A stretch of DNA of 64,000 nucleotides from Nitrospinaceae bacterium (lineage in GTDB: Bacteria; Nitrospinota; Nitrospinia; Nitrospinales; VA-1), in assembly GCA_021604505.1 (NCBI GenBank), contig BQJC01000004.1, positions 304,581-368,580 on the forward strand, given 5' to 3'. The notes under the pieces are model-generated. The model was not told where the DNA came from. It worked only from the letters and a program-made list of their open reading frames with translations, and ran no database searches. Within the stretch, counting starts at the first letter, position 1; each line of letters begins with the position of its first letter. Shown piece by piece: positions 28,475 through 38,278 of this stretch. The position numbers and the translations under genes were made by a program.

Positions 28475-29997
28475 ATGATAAAAGTATTTTAAACACGTTA
28501 AAAAGCGATTCCCGCGTAAAGATTTTACTCAGCATTTTTCTGGTCGCCCTCGCCTTCAGGCTTTGGGGGGTCACCAACCCTCTTCTCGATTTTCACAGCT
28601 GGCGTCAGACGCTGACGGCCACCATCGCTCAGAATTTTTATTCGGGGGAAATGAATATTTTCAAACCCATCTCAAATCTGGTGGAACCGTATTACGCTTA
28701 TGAATTTCATTTTTATACTTTCATCGTCGCCATTCTTTACAAAATATTCGGATTTCACGACTTTTTGGGTCGGCTCGTGGCCATAGGGTTCTCACTGGGA
28801 GCGATGGGCATGCTGTACCTGCTCACCAAAAGATATTTTGACGCCACCGCAGCGACTATCGCTATTGCCTTCTTTGCGGTGTTGCCCATGTCGGTTTTTT
28901 ATGGACGCACCTTCATGCCGGAGGCCGCCATGCTTTTTTTCAGCATTGCCCTGATATATTATTTTTCGCTCTGGCTGGAAACCCAACGCTGGCTCCATTT
29001 TTTCGCGGCGGTATTGTGCGCCGCTCTGGCGTTCCTGATCAAACTCCCCACTCTCTATTTGGGTGGACCTCTGTTGTTTCTCGCCTGGATGAAATATCGA
29101 AAAACAATTTTTGCTCAACCCCGGTTATACCTGTACGCTTTCCTGATTCTTCTCCCGGCGGTTTTATGGTACGGCTACTGCGCCAAACTGCAATCCGAAG
29201 CCTATGGAGGGTCCAATCTCTGGGTGGACCTCATCAGCAACTGGGACCGGCTGACCACCCTAAGATGGTACCGGCTGATCTTCTGGACCCGCCTGGTAGA
29301 AAAAATGTTTGCCTTCACAGCCTTCCCTTTTCTGGTTCTGGGTTTCATCGCCAAAGTCAAGAAACCGGAACAGGCTGTGTTTCATGTGTGGTTTTTATCG
29401 GTCTGCGCTTACTTTTTTATCGCGGCGGAATTAAATTTTGTTCACGAATATTATCAAGTGCCCATCATTCCGGTCGGATGCGTTTTCATAGGGAAGTTTC
29501 TGTCCGGATTCTGGGAGAAAACCCGCACCGAAAAGTGGACTGCCAATTACAAAATAGGGGTTGTTGTGCTGATGATCGTCTTCATTCCCATTCACTCCAT
29601 TTATAAACTGAACAAAAGACTTGGTTTCAATGATGAGTATTTGATCATCGGAGAAAAAATAAAAGAACACTCACAAAAAAGCGATCGGATCGTCGCTCAG
29701 GACAAATACATACCCGTTTCAAATAAAGGCGGTGAATCAGGGTCGCCGCATTTGTTTTATTTCAGCAACCGCAAAGGCTGGATACACGGCGTGAATTTTA
29801 CTTTGAGCCCTGAAAAGCTTGAGGGATACATTTCCAGGGGAGCGCGTCTTTATGTCATAACAAAACAGGATTTGGAAAAAACCAATCCAGAGCTGAGTTC
29901 CTATCTCACCGAGAATCACCACCTTGAATTAAAAAACGAATTGATGACCTTGTTCCGGCTAACCCCGCATTCTCTTAAAACTTCCGGGGGTCCTTAA
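28471..29997 (+). CDS. Glycosyltransferase family 39 / ArnT-like polytopic membrane protein
   Basis: 508 aa with more than 10 hydrophobic helices. It has the N-terminal loop LLDFHSWRQT and a soluble C-terminal domain, which is the PMT_2-like architecture. Confidence 0.7.
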   Translation: MNDKSILNTLKSDSRVKILLSIFLVALAFRLWGVTNPLLDFHSWRQTLTATIAQNFYSGEMNIFKPISNLVEPYYAYEFHFYTFIVAILYKIFGFHDFLGRLVAIGFSLGAMGMLYLLTKRYFDATAATIAIAFFAVLPMSVFYGRTFMPEAAMLFFSIALIYYFSLWLETQRWLHFFAAVLCAALAFLIKLPTLYLGGPLLFLAWMKYRKTIFAQPRLYLYAFLILLPAVLWYGYCAKLQSEAYGGSNLWVDLISNWDRLTTLRWYRLIFWTRLVEKMFAFTAFPFLVLGFIAKVKKPEQAVFHVWFLSVCAYFFIAAELNFVHEYYQVPIIPVGCVFIGKFLSGFWEKTRTEKWTANYKIGVVVLMIVFIPIHSIYKLNKRLGFNDEYLIIGEKIKEHSQKSDRIVAQDKYIPVSNKGGESGSPHLFYFSNRKGWIHGVNFTLSPEKLEGYISRGARLYVITKQDLEKTNPELSSYLTENHHLELKNELMTLFRLTPHSLKTSGGP

Positions 29998-30075
29998 AAA
30001 TCAGCAAGGAACTGTTTTTTGATATCGTATTGCGTCACCTTATTAGAGCTTATCAATAACGTCGGAGTAAAACGC

Positions 30076-30741
30076 ATGCCGGAAAAAGAACATCTGGATA
30101 AAATGTATCGCCGCAGGTTTAATGAATACGAATGCGAACAAAAGGATAAAATCTGGAAAGTCCTGTGCCCGCATTTTTTTCAGAAATACGTTCCAAAAGA
30201 CAGCACCGTTTTGGATATTGGAGCGGGCTACTGCGAGTTCATCAACAATATTCAGTGCGCAAAAAAATATGCCGTCGACCTCAACGAAGACACACCCTCT
30301 TTTGCCAATCCCGACGTTACAGTGACCGATGCTTATTCCACCGACCTCAGTTTTCTTCAGGACAACTCAATAGACCGGGTCTTCATGAGCAATTTTCTCG
30401 AGCATTTGAAGACAAAAAAAGAGGTCCTCGATACGTTTACGGAAATTCACCGGATATTGCGAGCGGAGGGGAAAATTCTGATCCTGCAACCAAATATTAG
30501 ATACCTGTACATGCACTACTGGGATTTTTTCGATCATCATGTGCCGTTGACCGAGAAAAGCATCGCCGAAGGGCTGGAAGTCACCGGCTTCAAGGTGGAA
30601 AAATCTATTGCCAAGTTTCTTCCATTCACCACAAAAAGCAAAATCCCTAAACACCCTCTTTTAGTGAGAGCGTACCTCCTGTTTCCACCCGTTTGGCAAG
30701 TCATGGGGAGACAGGCGTTTGTTGTCGCCAAAAAGGTTTAA
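30076..30741 (+). CDS. Class I SAM-dependent methyltransferase
   Basis: VLDIGAGYCEF motif I and IDRVFMSNFLEHL are present. I chose the ATG at 30076 over the TTG at 30019. Confidence 0.75.
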   Translation: MPEKEHLDKMYRRRFNEYECEQKDKIWKVLCPHFFQKYVPKDSTVLDIGAGYCEFINNIQCAKKYAVDLNEDTPSFANPDVTVTDAYSTDLSFLQDNSIDRVFMSNFLEHLKTKKEVLDTFTEIHRILRAEGKILILQPNIRYLYMHYWDFFDHHVPLTEKSIAEGLEVTGFKVEKSIAKFLPFTTKSKIPKHPLLVRAYLLFPPVWQVMGRQAFVVAKKV

Positions 30742-30786
30742 CCCGCCAGGTTTTCTTCGGCACCCCAGCGCCTTCTGGAAGGTTGA

Positions 30787-31782
30787 CTAAAACTGATAGG
30801 CGAACACCAGCCCGGTTTCTTTTCTCGAGATTCTGGGATAAATAGTGTAATGCCTTCCCTTCTTGTTGCTGTGCAGTTTCAAAATGGTCTTGGAAACAAA
30901 ATAGCCCAGGGCGCCGCCGAAAAAAACATCGGATGCCCAGTGCTTGTTGTCGTTGATCCTCGACAACCCAGTCAAGGCAGCGAGACTGTAAACTATGGGA
31001 GCCACCAGCGGCTTGTCGTCATATTCGGAAGCCAGGACCGTGGCGATGGCGAACGCCGAAGAGGTATGACCGGAGGGAAACGAAACGTCATCGAAATTAA
31101 AACCGTTCCATTCGTGCGAGTCCTCGGCGGACTTGGGACGAACCCGTCCCGTGGAAAATTTTAAGGCAAACGTAAACAAACCGGTCACGGCGAAACTTTC
31201 CACACTCAACAGAGCCGCCCGTTTCGCTTTGTCGCTTTTTGCCAGATGCCCGTAAAGGTAAAAGGCCACCAACCCTGGAAAGGTGTAACCCCCGTTGCCA
31301 AAAGGTTCAAACACCTTGGAAATGTCATCGGTCGTCCCACTGCGCTCATCCTGGACAAACTCCTGAATCTCTTCATCGAGAGCGAAAAAAGCGCCTGTCG
31401 CTCCCACAACCAGCGCGGCTTTCAGCCAGTCGGAGGCCTGCCAGTGCAATGGGGAAAGGAAAATATATTTCGTGTCGGACAAAATGCCTAAAAAATAATC
31501 CCCGTTTAATGTCGGTCCAGTCCGGTCGTTTGCAGAGTTGGAAGCTTTGCGGACAGAGGCTTTCCTTTTCCTCTTTTTCGCCATTAAGTTTTTCCCGCGA
31601 ACACAAGGTCCGTCACACGAGGCCACTCGTTGGGCGGGAAAGGATGCAGAGGCTAAAAGGTCCGAGCTGAAGTATTTTGAGGTTTTTTGAATGGATAAGG
31701 ATTCCGCATGACCCAGGACAGCCCAGCAAAATACAACTACAAAGATCCCCGCCGCGGCTACCCCCCGTCGCACTTTTCTCAA
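30787..31782 (-). CDS. PAP2 family phosphatase, secreted/membrane, with aromatic C-terminus
   Basis: Signal peptide present. PAP2 motifs are KFSTGRVRP, FPSGHTS and SRINDNKHWASD. The C-terminus ...GLVFAYQF resembles an outer-membrane beta-signal. Confidence 0.8.
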   Translation of the reverse strand: MRKVRRGVAAAGIFVVVFCWAVLGHAESLSIQKTSKYFSSDLLASASFPAQRVASCDGPCVRGKNLMAKKRKRKASVRKASNSANDRTGPTLNGDYFLGILSDTKYIFLSPLHWQASDWLKAALVVGATGAFFALDEEIQEFVQDERSGTTDDISKVFEPFGNGGYTFPGLVAFYLYGHLAKSDKAKRAALLSVESFAVTGLFTFALKFSTGRVRPKSAEDSHEWNGFNFDDVSFPSGHTSSAFAIATVLASEYDDKPLVAPIVYSLAALTGLSRINDNKHWASDVFFGGALGYFVSKTILKLHSNKKGRHYTIYPRISRKETGLVFAYQF

Positions 31783-32033
31783 TTGCGTCCCCTGAGCACT
31801 CTTTTTAAAACCCCGACATCCATTTTGGCATGAGGATGTCTAAAAAAAATAAATTGAATTTTATTTGAATGTTGAATAAATATACTTTTTTTCCAGAAGA
31901 ATCAACTGATAATCATAAGAATCAATCATTTAAATTTAAATGAGCGCAGGTGGGTTCTGCTGGAAGGAAAAACTAAAATTGTATGATCCCGAAAATCTTT
32001 ACTATAGATTCGGCACGGGGAAAAGGTGCTGAG

Positions 32034-33131
32034 TTATTTTACTTCCCGCAGGTGATTCAATACCATCTCCAGGGCCTGCGGCGAAAAAAGTTTTCCGACA
32101 AGATTTTTCCGGGCAACGGCTCCGGCCTGGTGAAACTCCTGAACCACTTCCTTGCCCGGCATTTTGATCAGTTGCACACCGTTATCGTTCATAATCTTTA
32201 TGGAAGCCGCATTATCCTTCTGAATGGTTTGCACCAATTGTTTGAGATACTTTTCACTGAGTTTTTTCAGGATCGGTTTGCAATCATCGGGAAGGCCGTT
32301 AAATTTTTTTTTGGAAATCAAAACCGCCCCGGTCGCATAGCCCATTCTCAGTTCCGACATGTACTTCACTTTCGTGAACCATTGCAGAGCCAGCGCCCCC
32401 TGAGGCGAAGCATAAATCGTGTCCAGCAATCCCGTTTGCAGGGACATCAAAACGTCCGTCACAGACAGCGGCACGGGTTTGACTCCCAGAGCCTCATAAG
32501 TTTTCTTCACAAGGGGGTCCCCCTCCCACATCCAGGGCTTGGTCTTTTTTATATCCGCCACCGTGCCCACTGGCTGAGTGGAGAAAAAATGCACCCAGCC
32601 CACCGGCACCCAGCCCAGAAGAACATAGCCTTTTTCTTCAAACTTCTTGGCAAAATAACCGTTCATTTTTTCGTAAACGTGTTGGATCTCGTCATCGGTC
32701 TCAAAAAGAAAGGGCAAATCAAGAACCCGGACCTCGGGCAGAATCTGCCCCAGACCCACACCCGTAAAACCGGCGGCATGAATCTGGCCGATCCGCATTT
32801 TTCGGATGACATCCCGCTCATCTCCTGAAACACCGCCAGGATAAAACTTAAAGGAAACGCGTCCCTCGGTTTTTTGCTTGACCTCATCCGCCAGCCGGCG
32901 CATTTCCTTCATCCAGGAAGATCCCTCAGGCGCCAGAGTGGCAAACTTGATACGGGTTTTTTTGTCCGCCGCAAAAGATGCCGCCAACCCCGGTCCCAGG
33001 AGAAAAATTCCGGTTGCCAGAAGAACCAGAACGTACGAAGTAACTTTCCGCAGCCATATCGAGAGGGACAGCGCGGGTGGTCTCAAGGAATTTTTCAACA
33101 ATAGATTCGATTTCAAGGATAAAGATTTCAA
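32034..33131 (-). CDS. TRAP transporter substrate-binding protein (DctP/TatP-like)
   Basis: 365 aa with a signal/anchor. IKFATLAPEGSSW...FKFYPGGVSGDE...GQIHAAGFTG is typical of DctP-family binding proteins. Confidence 0.8.
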   Translation of the reverse strand: MKSLSLKSNLLLKNSLRPPALSLSIWLRKVTSYVLVLLATGIFLLGPGLAASFAADKKTRIKFATLAPEGSSWMKEMRRLADEVKQKTEGRVSFKFYPGGVSGDERDVIRKMRIGQIHAAGFTGVGLGQILPEVRVLDLPFLFETDDEIQHVYEKMNGYFAKKFEEKGYVLLGWVPVGWVHFFSTQPVGTVADIKKTKPWMWEGDPLVKKTYEALGVKPVPLSVTDVLMSLQTGLLDTIYASPQGALALQWFTKVKYMSELRMGYATGAVLISKKKFNGLPDDCKPILKKLSEKYLKQLVQTIQKDNAASIKIMNDNGVQLIKMPGKEVVQEFHQAGAVARKNLVGKLFSPQALEMVLNHLREVK

Positions 33132-33132
33132 G

Positions 33133-33996
33133 TCAAAAAAGTTCCCCGGACAATTCCAATAAACGCTTTGCCTTTATTTTTGCCACCTCGTTGGCCAAAC
33201 GTTGCTCAGGAAGAATATTAGACGGAGTTTCAATCACCGCCTTCAATTGATGTTCAAAAAGATTTTTGTCCTGGACTTGAACGGCGTAGGTTTTTGCATA
33301 TAAAACGCGGGATAATAAAAACCGGTTGCTGGTCAGCTCCATACTTTTCAAAAAATGCTTGCGGGACTTTTTAGGATCTCCGCCCAACAACTTGCTCCGG
33401 CTTCCATAGAAAGCACCAAGAAACGTATGCGGACCCGCAAAATGATAGGTTTCGTCCAGCTCCAGCACCAGGTTCATCAGCAATTCGACTTTCGAGACAT
33501 CCGCAAATGCATTGGGAATGTCGAGACTGAGCATCAACCAGCCTCCCCAGCATTGCCCAAGCCAGAACAGAGAAGGAACATGTTTTGGACCCATCTTTTT
33601 CAAGGCGATTTCGAATCGCTCCAACCCCAATTTGTCCATGCCTTTGACATCCGTCTCCGCCTCAATAGCGCGCAGAGCATATTCTTTGCCTCTCAGATAG
33701 AGGGCCGATGCCCGGTCAGGATGCTTCTCTTCCACAAAACTGAACGCATAACTGCAAAACCCCTCCGCCAGGCCATGCAACAGGGTCAGGTTCTTCTCAT
33801 CGCCCTTCAAAAACCCTTCCATCAATTTCAAATTAGCGGGGATGGCCTTCTCAGCCAGATCAGGGTCCGTTTCCTCCTGCATGGCGGCAATTTGCCCCGC
33901 CATCAAAGGCATGGCCGCCCGCACCGCCACCTTTTGGGTGGAACAACCCCAAAAAATTAAACTCAGAAAAAGGATTAATAAATTTATTTTTTTCAT
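33133..33996 (-). CDS. TatT-like TPR lipoprotein (TRAP transporter accessory component family)
   Basis: It has a lipobox (LSLIFWGCS) and is helical/TPR-like. Its position directly upstream of a DctP-type gene matches the TatT/TatP arrangement. I chose the start at 33996. Confidence 0.65.
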   Translation of the reverse strand: MKKINLLILFLSLIFWGCSTQKVAVRAAMPLMAGQIAAMQEETDPDLAEKAIPANLKLMEGFLKGDEKNLTLLHGLAEGFCSYAFSFVEEKHPDRASALYLRGKEYALRAIEAETDVKGMDKLGLERFEIALKKMGPKHVPSLFWLGQCWGGWLMLSLDIPNAFADVSKVELLMNLVLELDETYHFAGPHTFLGAFYGSRSKLLGGDPKKSRKHFLKSMELTSNRFLLSRVLYAKTYAVQVQDKNLFEHQLKAVIETPSNILPEQRLANEVAKIKAKRLLELSGELF

Positions 33997-34117
33997 TAAT
34001 GAACAATGTATCAGAACCCTTGGTCCACAACAACTGCACAACGAAAATTTTGACATAAAATTTGCAATTTGCTAACATCGCGGAAAGATAGAAGGAACAA
34101 GGGATTATCCTCCTGTT

Positions 34118-34414
34118 TTGCCCGGTATTATAATCTCGATCGAACATGAGGAGCTTTCGTTGAACCCCTCCGATGGGAAAATAAATGTGAATCAAAAAAC
34201 CGAAGAAAAGAGCATCCGCTGGATGAAACTCGTTCTTTTTGGTTCAGGAGGCGTCTTTATTTTAGTGGGCGTGATAAGGCAATGGCCCATTGTGGGGAAA
34301 ACGTATATGCAGTTTATCGAAGGGGACGGATACCTTTCACTCATGCTGGGGTTGATCATGGTTGTTCTCGGATTCTCCGTTCGTCTGTTCACAGGAGAAG
34401 AAGAAGTCAACTAA
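34118..34414 (+). CDS. Hypothetical small membrane protein
   Basis: The 98-aa ORF has a TTG start and two hydrophobic segments. No recognised family, so coding status is uncertain. Confidence 0.3.
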   Translation: MPGIIISIEHEELSLNPSDGKINVNQKTEEKSIRWMKLVLFGSGGVFILVGVIRQWPIVGKTYMQFIEGDGYLSLMLGLIMVVLGFSVRLFTGEEEVN

Positions 34415-34536
34415 GCTCCCGCGCGGGAAGAAAAGTTCTGCACCAATAGGGTTCCGTCATCCATAAACCCATTGCCCGTAGACATTGGTTCCTGCGTCAC
34501 GCTGGCTCACCCGAAAATTTTTTCGAGATTCACGTT

Positions 34537-34926
34537 ATGAATGAAGAATTAGAAGGTGAAGGATTTGTAATCAAGGACAAGCGATCCTCCCAGATTTCAG
34601 AGGAAGATGCGGCTTCCCAGGAACAGGAAAAGGTGCAGGAACCCCCCGCCCAGGAAGAAGCCGCGAACCAAGAAGCGCCGTTTCAAATCGACTTTTCCAC
34701 TTTTGTTCTTTCCCTCACCTCTTCTGCTTTTTATCATCTCGGGGATATGCCCGATCCGGCCACCGGCCAGACCGAAACCAACCTTCCCGCCGTCCAGCAA
34801 ACCATCGACATGCTTCTGATGTTGAAGGAAAAAACCAAAGCCAATCTCACTCCAGACGAAGCCAAACTGCTGGAGCAGTTGATTTATGAACTACAGATGA
34901 AATACGTCGAGAAGACCAAAAAGTAA
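34537..34926 (+). CDS. DUF1844-like protein
   Basis: 129 aa. It has an acidic N-terminus, then FSTFVLSLTSSAFYHLG...NLPAVQQTIDMLLMLKEKT, which matches the DUF1844 pattern as remembered. Confidence 0.65.
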   Translation: MNEELEGEGFVIKDKRSSQISEEDAASQEQEKVQEPPAQEEAANQEAPFQIDFSTFVLSLTSSAFYHLGDMPDPATGQTETNLPAVQQTIDMLLMLKEKTKANLTPDEAKLLEQLIYELQMKYVEKTKK

Positions 34927-35083
34927 CGCCCGCCCCTCCTCAACCTGAAATTGAATTCCACAATATTCTTCCCTCCGATACGTTAAAAACTGTTTGTACA
35001 TAGCAACCCTCGAGTGATACCCTTCAACTAAAACCTTCACAACTCCAGACGGGAATTACCCGGTAATCCTGAGCGTAAATTCT

Positions 35084-35806
35084 ATGCCCGCACAGACCGA
35101 CAACGTTGGCATGTTCATCCGCGGAATGACCCAGCCGGATGAACTGATAAAATATATTCAAGCCCGGTTTTCTGAACAGGAAATCGAGGAAACCTATGCC
35201 CGCATGGCCGAAACCGCAAAGTCCCGGGCCAAAGAGGAAGGCCTCACTCCTTTGCAGGCGTTCTGGAACCTTCTGGATCAAGCCTACAAGGAAAAAGCCC
35301 CTCCTCTGCAATGCCAAGAAGGTTGCGCCCACTGCTGTTACACCGGGGTCACTCTCACCCAGTTGGAATGGGACGGGATCCTCAATCTGGTGCGGGAAAA
35401 AGGCATCGACCTTGAAGAAGTCATCGAGCGCTCGCAAAAAACCATCCGCAAAGTCCGCGAGGTATTAAAATCCAACAAAAATCTGGAGCAGGTCGACTGG
35501 CACAACCTGGTCATCAACCAGCCCTGCCCTTTCCTTGGTGAGGACCAGGCCTGCACGATCTACGAAGACCGGCCTTTAGACTGCCGGCTGGTGGTCGCCT
35601 TTCGCGATGTCTGCCAATCCAAAAAACTGGAACACGCCCAACGCGGCGTGGTCGTCGAAGAAGCGGTGGGGTCGACGGTAGTCGCCAAACTGCAACACGA
35701 TCAAACCCCAAAATTCAGACGCCGGAAATTTCACGGCACCCAACCCTTGCGCTTGTTTCAACACTGGCTGATCCTGTGGCAGGATAAGAAAAAGAAGAAA
35801 AGATAG
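35084..35806 (+). CDS. YkgJ family cysteine-cluster (UPF0153) protein
   Basis: CQEGCAHCCY and a downstream CPFL...ACTIYEDRPLDCR match the CxxCxxCC zinc/iron-chelating domain. It has a Lys-rich tail. Confidence 0.7.
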   Translation: MPAQTDNVGMFIRGMTQPDELIKYIQARFSEQEIEETYARMAETAKSRAKEEGLTPLQAFWNLLDQAYKEKAPPLQCQEGCAHCCYTGVTLTQLEWDGILNLVREKGIDLEEVIERSQKTIRKVREVLKSNKNLEQVDWHNLVINQPCPFLGEDQACTIYEDRPLDCRLVVAFRDVCQSKKLEHAQRGVVVEEAVGSTVVAKLQHDQTPKFRRRKFHGTQPLRLFQHWLILWQDKKKKKR

Positions 35807-35834
35807 CCTCTGCGGTTAAACAGGTTCTATTAAA

Positions 35835-36854
35835 ATGCCCAAAATTGCACAACTGACCGCTCCCCGTACGATCGCCATTAAAGAGCGAAAACCCTTGACC
35901 GCTAACGACCACGAAGTTGTGATCGGCGTTGAAACCGCCGGCGTCTGCGGGACGGATCTCGCCCTGTTTTCAGGTGACTACCCGGTCCCCCTCCCTTTGG
36001 TGTGCGGCCACGAATTTGTGGGAATCGTTAAATCCATCGGTGACGGTGGGGACAAACGCTGGCTGGGCCGAAGGGTCACCGCAGAGATCAACAACACCTG
36101 TGTGACCTACAACCGTTCATCCCTGTGCCGCGCCTGTGAAATGGGAATGCCCGGTCATTGCCAGAAACGCACGGTGACGGGCATCATCGCGCACGATGGA
36201 GCGTTCGCGGAAGAAGTCGCAGTTGCCGCCGGAACCCTGCATGAAATTCCCGAAAACCTGGACCCGGTCCTAGCCGCACTCACCGAACCGTTAGCCGCCG
36301 CCCTGCAAACCTTTGAAATGACCCCGGTCACAGGGAAAGAGACGGTTGTGGTATGCGGACCGGGGCGATTGGGAATTCTAATTATCTTCGTCGCCGCCCT
36401 CAAGGGATGCCGCGTCATCGCCGTTTCCCGAAGCCAGGCCAAGCGGCAACGGGCGCTTCAATTCGGCGCATCGCAAGCCTGTTCGCCCGAAGAGGCGGAA
36501 TCCGTCATCAAAGCGCTTACCGATGGACTGGGAGCCGACATCGCAGTCGATGCCACGGGACACCCGGATGGAATCACACAGGCGCTGTCGCTGGTACGAC
36601 CGCGAGGAATTGTTTCCGTCAAAACCACCTGCGGATTGCCCGCGCGAGGATTGGACATGACGAAGCTGGTGGTCGATGAAATCCGCCTGCAGGGATCGCG
36701 TTGCGGCCCGTTCGGGCCTGCGCTTAAAATCCTTTCAAAACATCAGGATCAGCTCAAAACCCTGATAACCTCCATCCGCCCGCTGGAGCAAGCCCAGAAA
36801 GCCTTGGAAACTGCCGCCTCGGAAAACAAGGTGATGCTGAAGATGAGTCTTTAA
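35835..36854 (+). CDS. Zinc-dependent medium-chain alcohol/polyol dehydrogenase
   Basis: 339 aa. It has the catalytic Zn context GVCGTDL...GHEFVG, a structural-Zn Cys cluster C..C..C......C and the NAD fold VVCGPGRLG. Confidence 0.85.
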   Translation: MPKIAQLTAPRTIAIKERKPLTANDHEVVIGVETAGVCGTDLALFSGDYPVPLPLVCGHEFVGIVKSIGDGGDKRWLGRRVTAEINNTCVTYNRSSLCRACEMGMPGHCQKRTVTGIIAHDGAFAEEVAVAAGTLHEIPENLDPVLAALTEPLAAALQTFEMTPVTGKETVVVCGPGRLGILIIFVAALKGCRVIAVSRSQAKRQRALQFGASQACSPEEAESVIKALTDGLGADIAVDATGHPDGITQALSLVRPRGIVSVKTTCGLPARGLDMTKLVVDEIRLQGSRCGPFGPALKILSKHQDQLKTLITSIRPLEQAQKALETAASENKVMLKMSL

Positions 36855-37160
36855 GCGAAAGTTTTTGAAAAGATTAGCCCAATTTGGTTAAAAAAATTTT
36901 CAGACAATATAGGCTGTTGTTTACAAAAATAGCAATAGACGAACCGCGACAAAGAGCTTATATTAAAGCAATCCACAAATCTCCCACAGGAGAAATCCAA
37001 GCCCAACCCCCTAAATCCGGAGTCATGAATTTTGCTTCGGAAAGCTGTAACGATAGCTGATTAATTTGCAGGACGCCCTAAACCTGAATTAGGGGACTGT
37101 AAATAAAATTCCAAGCGCGCTATCGAAGATAATTTTTTAGGCAAGAGGGAGGGAATCAAA

Positions 37161-37889
37161 ATGGGTAAAGAACCAGAACCTAAGGACCAAAAAGCAAAAC
37201 CAGAAGATCCAAAAGCAAAACCAGAAGGTGAAGAACCTTCCACGGCCTTGGACACAGCAATATCCGCGGGTAAGAATACCCTTTTATTTCTTGTTGGTTT
37301 AATTACGATTGGATTAGTAGGTTTGTTAGTTTACGGTGTTCTCGGAGAGAAACTCATAGATCAACTTTCCGACGTTTCCGCAGCAAGGGGTTTGATCACC
37401 TTCATCCTGGCTGTTGGGACCATAGCTATCGCCATTATTCTTACGTTAACAGTTTTACTGAGTCAAAACCCGGAAATGGGGAAGCGGTTTACTCAGGGTA
37501 AGGAAGTCCTGACAATCCTGATAGGGGTTCTGGGGACAATTGTGGGGTTTTATTTTGGAACTTCCTCAGGGCCCACTGACCAACTGGAACCGTTAGCCAT
37601 AAACCAGTTTGAGATATCCGAAGGCACGCCAGGATCCGAAGTGACTCTTTCGTCTCTTATCACCGGCGGCAAAAAACCCTACAAATTCACACTTATCTTC
37701 CATAACCCGTTAATGGAAACGATCAGCGACCGGGATTCTCCTGATGGTGTCATACTCCAAAAGGTTGCTATTCCAGCCAGTGTTGAAAACAATATCGGGT
37801 TCAGCGTTTTCACTAAAGATGATGCCAAGAACGCAATTATCCATGAACAGAAGGGTGACCAGGGGATTCTTATAGAATCCGGGGGATAG
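37161..37889 (+). CDS. Hypothetical membrane protein with K/P/E-rich repeat N-terminus
   Basis: 242 aa with an AGGGAGGGA RBS. The N-terminal near-repeat is KDQKAKPEDPKAKPEGEEP. There are three hydrophobic helices and a beta-rich C-terminal domain. No family recognised. Confidence 0.5.
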   Translation: MGKEPEPKDQKAKPEDPKAKPEGEEPSTALDTAISAGKNTLLFLVGLITIGLVGLLVYGVLGEKLIDQLSDVSAARGLITFILAVGTIAIAIILTLTVLLSQNPEMGKRFTQGKEVLTILIGVLGTIVGFYFGTSSGPTDQLEPLAINQFEISEGTPGSEVTLSSLITGGKKPYKFTLIFHNPLMETISDRDSPDGVILQKVAIPASVENNIGFSVFTKDDAKNAIIHEQKGDQGILIESGG

Positions 37890-37930
37890 TAAAAGGGTTT
37901 TTTCAAATGAACCCAGCCTGAATGGACCTT

Positions 37931-38278
37931 TTACTTCGCCGGCAGGGTTTTTGCGAAGTCCAGGGCCCGCTGAACCCAGGCCCTAAGTGCATCGTCTGAT
38001 TTATAACCCGACGGGCTGACGTACACCATGCTCTTAAGCACCTTGCCGGTAAAGTCCATTTCGCGGGTGTTGGGTTCCGTCAACGCTTTTGCCGCCCGTT
38101 CTTCCCCGAGACGAAGAACGAGGTCCTTCTTGTTGACTCCGCAGACCATGTTGCCGTTCAGCATAAAAGCGATTCCGCCGAACATGTTTCGCTCGGAAAT
38201 TCCTTTGCGCCGCTTCAACACCTGGCGGACACGCCCCGCAACTATTTCATCGTATGCCACCTTCAATCTGTTTTGCAT
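37931..38278 (-). CDS. TfoX N-terminal domain-only protein
   Basis: 115 aa. RNMFGGIAFMLNGNMVCGV is the typical TfoX_N core. Confidence 0.7.
   Translation of the reverse strand: MQNRLKVAYDEIVAGRVRQVLKRRKGISERNMFGGIAFMLNGNMVCGVNKKDLVLRLGEERAAKALTEPNTREMDFTGKVLKSMVYVSPSGYKSDDALRAWVQRALDFAKTLPAK

Noticed and set aside
31830-31870. A hairpin GACATCC...GGATGTC followed by an A-run, considered as a terminator for the TRAP or PAP2 genes
   Set aside because: The A/T tract is on the wrong side of the stem for either strand to act as an intrinsic terminator for the flanking genes.
31983-33960. Plus-strand ORFs at 31983-32828 (281 aa) and 33355-33960 (201 aa)
   Set aside because: They are antisense to the DctP-like and TatT-like genes. 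Their translations are His/Arg/Gln/Phe-rich with no domains.
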